In this document: positions 1-6,738 of the stretch, piece after piece | Layout of the letters: every line of letters starts with the position of its first letter | Position numbering within the stretch: position 1 is the first letter of the stretch | Assembly: GCA_019056785.1 (NCBI GenBank) | Contig: DXJV01000080.1 | Span: 1 to 11,841 of the forward strand | DNA length: 11,841 nucleotides | Origin: Candidatus Heimdallarchaeota archaeon | Lineage (GTDB): Archaea; Asgardarchaeota; Heimdallarchaeia; JABLTI01 | Direction of reading: 5' to 3' | Position numbers and translations under genes: made by a program | The notes under the pieces: model-generated | Seen by the model: the letters and a program-made list of their open reading frames with translations, nothing else | Database searches by the model: none | Told to the model about the DNA's origin: nothing

Positions 1-753
1 ATCTCTTACTCTCGAGTCATTTGCAAGTTTCTTATGGTGCCATTGCATGTGTTCAGAGAAAATCTTGTACCAGCGGATTTCCAAGCGTGAAAGAACAACA
101 GCAATAACAATTGCCCCGGCAAAAATTAATACTGCTGCAAGAAAGAAAATTGCTGTTATAAGAGAAGAATCTAAAACAGTGATACTATCAACGACAAAGG
201 AAACCCCACCAAAAGCAAACATTGCCAAAGAGCCCAAAAGGAACAAGTCTAAAAGAACGTATGACCAAAAAATTGTTTGGCCTTTTTGAGGAAGAGGATG
301 GTCTTCTTGATAGTTAGGCATGTGAAGGAGATGCTGGCGCAGTTTCTTATAGCGAGTATATTGAAGAAAGGGAATAAAAAAAACATTTAATGTCACGAGT
401 AAGAGAGTAGCAACAAACATATCAGTAGTGGTACTAAGTTCATTTTTCCGGTGCGGAAGATACCAATGGTCATTAAGTGCTTTTAGAGATTCGAGGAGAT
501 AAATGAAATAGGAAATCCCAAAGGAAAACGGTCCGAGAAGAATCATTTCTTTGCAGTTAATTTTCCGGATCGGGACTTTCGTTGAAGTAATCTTTGGTTT
601 GCGGGGTGGCTTTGTGGGGAAATATTCTTCCAAGTAATTAAAGAGCTCTTCTCTTGTGAAACGGTCTCTTTGGACAGCAAAACAATGCGGGCAAATGGGT
701 TTTGTTTCCGGAATGGGTTTGTGGCAATTAGAACAATGATAAGGCAAAGACAT
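1..753 (-). CDS. Zinc-ribbon membrane protein (N-terminal CxxC..CxxC plus about 4 TM helices, DUF4234-like); 3' end runs off the window
   Basis: Not in the ORF track. Manual translation from ATG at 753 is open for 251 codons to position 1: MSLPYHCSNCHKPIPETKPICPHCFAVQ..., then hydrophobic segments (ILLGPFSFGISYFIYLL; FVATLLLVTLNVFFIPFL; IFWSYVLLDLFLLGSLAMFAFGGVSFVV; LITAIFFLAAVLIFAGAIVIAVVL). An in-frame GTG at 756 is an alternative start. The DUF4234 resemblance is by eye. Confidence 0.85.
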   Translation of the reverse strand, partial: MSLPYHCSNCHKPIPETKPICPHCFAVQRDRFTREELFNYLEEYFPTKPPRKPKITSTKVPIRKINCKEMILLGPFSFGISYFIYLLESLKALNDHWYLPHRKNELSTTTDMFVATLLLVTLNVFFIPFLQYTRYKKLRQHLLHMPNYQEDHPLPQKGQTIFWSYVLLDLFLLGSLAMFAFGGVSFVVDSITVLDSSLITAIFFLAAVLIFAGAIVIAVVLSRLEIRWYKIFSEHMQWHHKKLANDSRVRD

Positions 754-1037
754 CACCAGAGCTTGTACCAAGTAGATTATTTTTAAGTCTCCACTAATAA
801 AGTCTTACATTTTGTATTAATAGTTCTTTCTTCTATACCTTCAATAAGTGAGAAAAACATTTCCAAAGTGATGGTTAGAAGCATGAAAAAACTTGAATGG
901 AAAATGTTAATGTTTAAATAGACTATTAGACCATTTCAAAACAACAAAATGTCTTTCAAGAGCGAAAGTCATTAGTAATCAAGGGAGAAAAAAAAATTCT
1001 TTTTCAAACTCCAAATCGGAAAAAAACGGAGAAAAAA

Positions 1038-2180
1038 ATGATTGGAAAAAAACCTATAAAACAAATTTTCTTAGGAATTCTAATAATAACTTTGTTTAAT
1101 TCACTTTCACTAAACAACATATTCGTATTTTGTCATGCATCTCAACTCGAGTCGAGCGCTACTTCAAACACACTCCAAACCAACACTGGAGAATTAACAC
1201 TAATGAAGCTAGGGGAATATGTAGGTATAGAAGCGATGAGTGTTTGGGTTTCAGGTGATTTGGCGTTTCTTGCTGATGATACAAATGGTTTAATCATCTT
1301 AAATGTCAGTGATCCAAGTGACCCCCGACGAATTAAACGATTTGATGATGGAGGATATGCCTTAGACATAACCTCAGAAGGGCCTTATGTTTTTGTTGCT
1401 GATGGCGATAATGGCTTGGAAATTCTTGATGTGAGTTTCCCTGATGCACCAAAGAAAAAAGGGCAATTTTATGACGGTGGATTTGCAGAAGACGTTGTCG
1501 TTGTTGGTTATTACGCTTTTGTAGCAGATTTGACTGACGGACTTGAAATCATTGATCTACATAATCTCAGTGCGCCCACAGAGGTAGGGCAGTATTCTGA
1601 TGGCAGTTATGTCTATGGCGTGTGCGTTGCAGGAGACTACGCGTATTTGGCAGCCTATTATGAAGGTTTGAAAATAATAAATATTAGCGACCCTTCTTCA
1701 CCAACGAAAGTAGCTGAACTACCAACAAATTTTATCCCCGCAGTAGATGTTACCTTGAAAAATGACATGGCATTTATCGCAAATGATAAAAATGGGCTTG
1801 TAATCGTCGATGTTAGTTATCCAACCATCCCGGTACAAGTTGGGCATTTTTATGATAAGGGAATTGCTCAAGGAATTTTCGTAACGGATGAGTATGTTTT
1901 TGTCGCAGACGGTTATGATGGTCTTGAAGTCATAAATGTGACTAATCCAAGCAACCCCATCGAACTGGGACAGTTTGATGACGGTGGAAACGGGCGGAAT
2001 GTCTTTGTTGAAGGGGATCTGATATATTTTGCCGCGGGTGCTAAAGGATTGGAAATCCTTAGAATAATCTCAAATGATGCTACAAATGAGGGTGGGATTT
2101 CAATACTACCTCTTTTAATGACAAGTACTCTTTGTTTTTTGCTTGTTTTGTTGCTAAAAAAACGAAGACAGCATGAATAA
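1038..2180 (+). CDS. Secreted, C-terminally membrane-anchored LVIVD-repeat protein (probable 7-bladed beta-propeller)
   Basis: Basic plus hydrophobic N-terminal signal (MIGKKPIKQIFLGILIITLF). Seven ~42-aa repeats of the form A-x-D-V-x-V-x-G-x-Y-A-F-V-A-D-x3-G-L-x-I-x-D-V-S-x-P-x2-P, one containing literal LVIVD. C-terminal TM helix plus basic tail (ISILPLLMTSTLCFLLVLLLKKRRQHE). Confidence 0.92.
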   Translation: MIGKKPIKQIFLGILIITLFNSLSLNNIFVFCHASQLESSATSNTLQTNTGELTLMKLGEYVGIEAMSVWVSGDLAFLADDTNGLIILNVSDPSDPRRIKRFDDGGYALDITSEGPYVFVADGDNGLEILDVSFPDAPKKKGQFYDGGFAEDVVVVGYYAFVADLTDGLEIIDLHNLSAPTEVGQYSDGSYVYGVCVAGDYAYLAAYYEGLKIINISDPSSPTKVAELPTNFIPAVDVTLKNDMAFIANDKNGLVIVDVSYPTIPVQVGHFYDKGIAQGIFVTDEYVFVADGYDGLEVINVTNPSNPIELGQFDDGGNGRNVFVEGDLIYFAAGAKGLEILRIISNDATNEGGISILPLLMTSTLCFLLVLLLKKRRQHE

Positions 2181-2190
2181 GCTGTCCTCC

Positions 2191-2210
2191 TTATTTTTTC
2201 TATTCATTTT
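2191..2210 (+). terminator. Possible archaeal oligo(T) terminator of the LVIVD gene
   Basis: TTATTTTTTCTATTCATTTT starts 11 nt after the stop codon; another T7 tract lies at 2270-2276. Confidence 0.4.
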
Positions 2211-2441
2211 AATGCCATTTTCACTCGAGACTCAAAAAGAAAAATAACCTATTACCGATATGTTGTCTCTTTTTTTATGTTTAAGTGCCAAAGAATTTGC
2301 CTGCTGATATATACTTATCAATTCTATTCTCAAAACAATAGATTTTTTAATTTAGATAGAATGAATAATTTGTTTCATAGGTTAATGACCTTCAGATTGT
2401 TTTGTAATGATCAATCTTTTCCTTCAAAGAGCGTATACTAA

Positions 2442-3587
2442 ATGCAGAATATAAATGTCATTATCGATGCCCTTGCAATCCCTTTCGGCTCAATTGCGAC
2501 AATTGTTATTATTTCTAAAAACAAACGAAATGTTGTTAATATTCTCATGGGTTTAACTGTGTTTTTTGGTAGCGTGGCGAGTATAATTTTTGCTTTGTTA
2601 AAAGAACTTTATTTTTTCCATAACCTCTCCTTGGCTATTTTTTTCGCCAAAATGACCTATTTCTGCATTTATTTTATGACAATTCCGGTGTTCCACTTTT
2701 CCATCTTTTTCTGGCGCTCCCAAAATAAGAACATTCCTCGTTTCCTTCATTTTCTTGTTTTCTTACCAATCCTCTCTCTGTCTCTCTGGCTTTTTCTGCA
2801 ACAGGATATTATCCACCTGTCAGACATCTATCTTGGCGATAAATTCTATATTGTTTTTAATTATGTTTCAATCCCCTTTACAATCTATTCCAGTGTTATC
2901 ATGCTTTTCACAGTAGTGTTATTAATCGTAGAATTACAGCTCATAGCCCAAAGGACAAAAGACTTTCCGAGTTTAAAAAGGCGAATGCATATTTTAGCAG
3001 CAGTCTTTGCTCTGGGCTTTCTAGGGAGTTTAGTATCAATTTTCTTTGTTCAATTTTTAACTTCTAAAGTGAAATATCAACCAGCTGTTATTTTTGTCAT
3101 AGCGTCAACAATCAGCATTTCACTCATTCTCCTCAAAACGATAAGTCGTGAACACCGAAAACTTTGGCATGGCTGTCCTAAACTCCTCAGAGAAAAAGAT
3201 GGAACAACTTATTGTTTAAATACGCCAGATGGTGTTCCTAAACAGGTGAAATTACTGGACCTTGGTAATATTATTGAGAAAATCCAAATCGAGGTAGATA
3301 TTTTAAGAACGGGCGAAGAGAATTGTGCTAATGTCCTGTTTTCTGATGATGAGAATAATGTTCGATGTTTAACTACACATGAGTATATAATGGTGCTTGA
3401 TGAAATTGTTCAGCAAAAAGAGATGGAACTTGCTCAAGAAATGGATATTATGGAAAACAATAAACTCTGCTCAGAGTGTCTGCACAAAATTATTGCCTAT
3501 CGCAAAACCCACAAGGATAAATCAGACGCTGAAATCCGGACGTTCTTTTTGGGCGTCCGTGCGGAAGAATTTTTCGGCCTTGTTTAA
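2442..3587 (+). CDS. 7-transmembrane sensor-like protein (HisKA_7TM-like N-terminal region) with a C-terminal Cys-rich soluble domain
   Basis: Seven hydrophobic segments in aa ~5-232, with the basic loop plus Asn (SKNKRNVVN) after TM1 that is typical of prokaryotic 7TM sensor domains. The soluble tail has GCPKL...YCLN, NCANV...RCLTTH and CSEC motifs. No kinase H-box or GHKL motifs. Confidence 0.8.
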   Translation: MQNINVIIDALAIPFGSIATIVIISKNKRNVVNILMGLTVFFGSVASIIFALLKELYFFHNLSLAIFFAKMTYFCIYFMTIPVFHFSIFFWRSQNKNIPRFLHFLVFLPILSLSLWLFLQQDIIHLSDIYLGDKFYIVFNYVSIPFTIYSSVIMLFTVVLLIVELQLIAQRTKDFPSLKRRMHILAAVFALGFLGSLVSIFFVQFLTSKVKYQPAVIFVIASTISISLILLKTISREHRKLWHGCPKLLREKDGTTYCLNTPDGVPKQVKLLDLGNIIEKIQIEVDILRTGEENCANVLFSDDENNVRCLTTHEYIMVLDEIVQQKEMELAQEMDIMENNKLCSECLHKIIAYRKTHKDKSDAEIRTFFLGVRAEEFFGLV

Positions 3588-4078
3588 ATTTTCCAACTTG
3601 ATGAATGATATGTCCGAACAATCGGATCAAAGTTCACAAGAAGTTCTAAATCACTATATGCTATTCGCCCAATTCTAAAGGTAGCTTTCTTGCAATTTAA
3701 TAACTCTCGAGATAATTTTCCTTCTTCAACCAAAGATTGAATGTGAGGAAATGTATAGCCCCGTTTCAGCGTGGTAAAAGGTTTGAGAACAATTTGATTG
3801 CCGATTTTAGATGCCACTTGAAAGATAAATTTAATCTGATCAGGCGAGTGAGGAATTAAAGCGTTGCAATAGACAACGATATAATCATTAATTTTCACCT
3901 CGTGAAAATCAGAGTTGTGCTGAAGGGCAAGATTATCCAGCGTGAAACGATTATGCAACAAAACATCCTCTGCAAAAATTGGCATACCATGCCTGTTATC
4001 GAATTTTGCTCGTGAGTAGTTTTTTCTTGTGCTGTCCACCTTAATTAAGAAGGCGTCTGCTTTTTTAAGAACAACCAT
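3584..4078 (-). CDS. Stand-alone EVE/PUA-like domain protein (putative nucleic-acid binder)
   Basis: Pattern FHEVKINDYIVVYC...IKFIFQV...IVLKPFTTLKRGYTFPHIQ...IGRIAYSDLELL follows the EVE layout (xKxGD-hhhY...hhGhhxV...VxhxxxxxLxxPhxL...hxxhxxxxhxhh). ATG at 4078 is preferred to the TTG at 4090. The CDS is well supported; the fold call is by eye. Confidence 0.65.
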   Translation of the reverse strand: MVVLKKADAFLIKVDSTRKNYSRAKFDNRHGMPIFAEDVLLHNRFTLDNLALQHNSDFHEVKINDYIVVYCNALIPHSPDQIKFIFQVASKIGNQIVLKPFTTLKRGYTFPHIQSLVEEGKLSRELLNCKKATFRIGRIAYSDLELLVNFDPIVRTYHSSSWKI

Positions 4079-4255
4079 TTTTCCCAACAAAACTCTTTAG
4101 CAAAGTTCTAGCTTTAAATGTTTCCTATTTCTTTGCTCAAAAAACCGGTGTCTCTCTCCTGAAATTTTGCTCTTTGCTTTTTTTATTTTCTCTTTTAGCG
4201 AAAAGTTAAAAGTAAAAATAACGAATACCATTTTATAAGTCTAAGGTGAACAGTT

Positions 4256-5185
4256 TTGCATGATTTGATTAGCATTAAATATTCCGACCTTGCCGATGCA
4301 CTCTATTATTTTGAATTTATGGGCCCTCTCTATAAGCGGATCAAATGGCTCGAACGTGACAAAAATGTTTTCCAGCTTTACAAATTGATCCGCGAAATCA
4401 AATTCCCGAGGTTTAAAAATTTCCTCCCTTATACACGCTTTGTATCCATAAGCAATGATATTTCGTCGCCAACTCAATTGGCAAAACACATCCGTGACCA
4501 CCCCCCCAAAGGCAAGTTTGCCGAGAAATGGGTGGCAGAGTATGAGAAGATGCGGGATATTCTCCGGGAGATTTACAACTATTTCATGAAAAATGTTCTT
4601 ACTAATGAAAAGAAAGAAGAGCTGGAAAAGCTCCGGAAAAAAATCGAAAAGAAATACGGGAAAATTTGGCACAAATTAAAAGTCGAGTCTGAAAAATTGC
4701 CGGGAATATCCTGGAAGCGAAAGAGCCCTATTGTCTGTCTTCTCTATCCTCTTGATGGCAAACTTTCCCATAAACTCAAATTTTCAGATATCGCCTTTAT
4801 TGAGACTTCGCAAGCAATGGTGGATGATGAGGCGCTCTTTTTACATGAAGTGGTAAAATTACTAAATTACACAAAACCTGTTGGCTCCTGGGTCCGGCAA
4901 GATAGGCGAGGCATTCGAGCCATTGCATATGAAATCTTTACAGAATTACAAACATTGAAAATCGTAAACGCACTCTTTGATAAGAAACCCAATTATAAAA
5001 CAGTTATTAATTTAAAGCTGGATTCCATTTGGATCCCCTTCATCCGCCCTGAGACCTCCCTTGATGAAGATGAACTCGAGCGTGTCTTAGCAAAAGCTTA
5101 CAAAAAAATTAGTAAGCATGAATATGATGCAATGTTTCAAATGAGTGAGCTCTACACTGAATTAAATATCATCCTTCTCACCTAA
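4256..5185 (+). CDS. Hypothetical soluble protein, possibly a degenerate zincin-like fold (HEVVK in place of HExxH)
   Basis: 309-aa ORF with a TTG start 6 nt after AGGTGA (4244-4249). LFLHEVVKLL (HEVVK at 4844-4858) follows beta-strand-like segments (PIVCLLYP, IAFIET) and precedes a helix with a Glu (AIAYEIFTEL). The CDS is confident; the function is tentative. Confidence 0.75.
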   Translation: MHDLISIKYSDLADALYYFEFMGPLYKRIKWLERDKNVFQLYKLIREIKFPRFKNFLPYTRFVSISNDISSPTQLAKHIRDHPPKGKFAEKWVAEYEKMRDILREIYNYFMKNVLTNEKKEELEKLRKKIEKKYGKIWHKLKVESEKLPGISWKRKSPIVCLLYPLDGKLSHKLKFSDIAFIETSQAMVDDEALFLHEVVKLLNYTKPVGSWVRQDRRGIRAIAYEIFTELQTLKIVNALFDKKPNYKTVINLKLDSIWIPFIRPETSLDEDELERVLAKAYKKISKHEYDAMFQMSELYTELNIILLT

Positions 5186-5225
5186 AATTAAAGGGGAAAA
5201 ATGCGCAATTTCATTTGCATATTTT

Positions 5226-5273
5226 TTTATAAGAAAATCAAACAAATAAACATTAGTATCAGATATTTGGTGA
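5226..5273 (+). promoter_or_regulatory. Putative TATA box (TTTATAAG, 5226-5233) and Shine-Dalgarno site (GGTGA, 5269-5273) for the gene starting at 5282
   Basis: Archaeal TATA consensus about 50 nt upstream of the ATG, and an SD 8 nt upstream of it. Confidence 0.5.
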
Positions 5274-5281
5274 AAAAAAAC

Positions 5282-5761
5282 ATGAATGAGGAAATATTCT
5301 ATTGCCCCTATTGTGGTGCGTTGCAAAAGAAAGGGCAGCAGTTTTGTAGCTCTTGTGGTGCCTCCTTAGAGTTTTCTGATTCTCCTCCTCAAGAGGAAAA
5401 AAAGGTTCAAATCATTAAAGAAACACCTGTTGTTGAAAGTGCATCTGTAACAACACCACAACCGCAACCATCTCCGTATGGTGCCTATCCTTCGGCGGTG
5501 CCTTCAACTCCTGCCGCTCCAGCAAGAGATAATGCAATAATTGCTCTTATTCTTGGAATTCTTGGCTTCTTTGTAAATTGCTTTATCTTTCCGATATTCG
5601 GTTTAATTTTTGTGAAAAAAGCAGAGGAGAATAATGAGGACAGAGGAATAACTGTTGCAGCAAAGGTTTTAAATTGGATTTTAATGGGCTTAACAATTCT
5701 TTCCATTATCGGACTAATAATCTATTTAATTCTCTTTTTCACAATAGGCTTTTCTTACTAA
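5282..5761 (+). CDS. Zinc-ribbon / Pro-rich linker / 2-TM (DUF4190-like) membrane protein
   Basis: MNEEIFYCPYCG-x9-CSSCGASL zinc ribbon, linker PQPQPSPYGAYPSAVPSTPAAP, then AIIALILGILGFF...IFGLIF and A-K-V-L-N-W-I-L-M-G hydrophobic helices typical of DUF4190-like domains. Start moved from 5201 to 5282 on the SD and TATA positions. Confidence 0.85.
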   Translation: MNEEIFYCPYCGALQKKGQQFCSSCGASLEFSDSPPQEEKKVQIIKETPVVESASVTTPQPQPSPYGAYPSAVPSTPAAPARDNAIIALILGILGFFVNCFIFPIFGLIFVKKAEENNEDRGITVAAKVLNWILMGLTILSIIGLIIYLILFFTIGFSY

Positions 5762-5769
5762 AAGCCCAC

Positions 5770-5787
5770 TTTTTTCTTTTCTTTTTT
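5770..5787 (+). terminator. Archaeal oligo(T) terminator
   Basis: TTTTTTCTTTTCTTTTTT starts 9 nt after the stop at 5761, in a convergent intergenic gap. Confidence 0.6.
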
Positions 5788-5859
5788 AAAATGTAAAAGC
5801 TGATAATAGGCGAGTCTGTGAGGAAGAGAATCGATAAGCCGGAGAAAAAGTTCCGTGCA

Positions 5860-6516
5860 TTATCGAAAAATGCTCCGAATGAATGGATGTAAACCAAACC
5901 GTTCAGAGCCATCTAACTCTTCGAATCGTTGTAGATACTGCTTCTGTTCCAAAAGGTTGATTAGTTCTTCTGCGTCTCGCTCCGAGATTTTGAGATATTG
6001 AATTATATCCGTTAAAGTAACTCGTCTTTTATATCTGATGAAGGAAATCAATCGTGCTTCATTCGAATTGAATTGAAATTTAGGGCTGTTAGCAATTATT
6101 GGCTGCTTGAAAAAGGTGCTTTGATTCTCTTCCTCTGTAAGGCCAAAGATACGAGATACTGTTGGTTCTATTTTCCGGAAGATATCAATGGGGATTGGGT
6201 CACCTGAATTGAAAACCTCATTTTTAAACAGCAAATGGAATTGATCGGCAATTCTGACCAATCGTTTGTACGTGAGAGGGGCATGGTCAAGAGTATCCGT
6301 GCAAGCAACAAAAATAATGTGGTTGCTCATCTTGAACACAAAACGGAATTTATTGGTTTCAATCCATTTGATTTCAACGTCAAAAATGCCTACAAAAGAA
6401 TTCACCGCACTTAGAAAACCGCTTACGAGATTTTCGTCATTCGTGTTATTATCATATTTTTTGTGGAAAAGACAAGTCCCTGATTCTTCCAAGATCCAGA
6501 TCTGTTTTAAGCCCAC
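5860..6516 (-). CDS. Asgard-type longin domain protein fused to a C-terminal winged helix-turn-helix
   Basis: aa 1-125: IWILEESGTCLF...DENLVSGFLSAVNSF...IKWIETNKFRFVF...IIFVACTD...LVRIADQF...F is the longin beta-beta-alpha-beta-beta-beta-alpha-alpha pattern. aa ~148-210: EARLISFIRYKRRVTLTDIIQYLKISERDAEELINLLEQKQYLQR...ERFGL is a wHTH. GTG start with AGGTGA at 6529-6524. Confidence 0.85.
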   Translation of the reverse strand: MGLKQIWILEESGTCLFHKKYDNNTNDENLVSGFLSAVNSFVGIFDVEIKWIETNKFRFVFKMSNHIIFVACTDTLDHAPLTYKRLVRIADQFHLLFKNEVFNSGDPIPIDIFRKIEPTVSRIFGLTEEENQSTFFKQPIIANSPKFQFNSNEARLISFIRYKRRVTLTDIIQYLKISERDAEELINLLEQKQYLQRFEELDGSERFGLHPFIRSIFR

Positions 6517-6674
6517 CGTTTCTTCACCTAACTAGTTTCACACATCCGTTTTTGCTCAATGGATAGATAAGATTGCCAAGATTAAAAGAAATGTAATATT
6601 GAGATACTCTTTTCATATCATCTCCCCAAATTTTCTCTTCCTCTCACATGTATTTCAGACTGAAAGGGTAATTA

Positions 6675-6682
6675 TTATAAAG
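6675..6682 (+). promoter_or_regulatory. Putative TATA box of lysS in the divergent longin/lysS intergenic region
   Basis: TTATAAAG preceded by a purine-rich GAAAGGG (BRE-like), about 57 nt upstream of ATG 6739. The same site reads TTTATAAT on the minus strand. Confidence 0.45.
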
Positions 6683-6738
6683 GACTACCTTTGCTTCAGT
6701 ACTAAAAGAAAAATTGCTAAACAAAATTAGTGGTTAAA

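Noticed and set aside
47-289. 80-aa plus-strand ORF
   Set aside because: Antisense shadow of the longer minus-strand membrane-protein gene at 1..753.
2442-3140. Microbial rhodopsin or true GPCR call for the 7TM protein
   Set aside because: No retinal-binding Lys motif within TM7 and no DRY or NPxxY motifs; only a generic 7TM sensor call is supportable.
5201-5281. 27-aa N-terminal extension of the zinc-ribbon/DUF4190-like ORF
   Set aside because: The stretch contains the TATA-like and SD elements; ATG 5282 directly precedes the zinc ribbon.
1142-5706. Short ORFs 1142-1369(-), 3397-3678(+), 4241-4672(-) and 5485-5706(-)
   Set aside because: All overlap better-supported genes, antisense or out of frame, and show no recognisable motifs.
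6661-6698. Imperfect inverted repeat (AAGGGTA...TACCTTT) flanking the lysS TATA candidate
   Set aside because: Short and mismatched; not distinguishable from chance.
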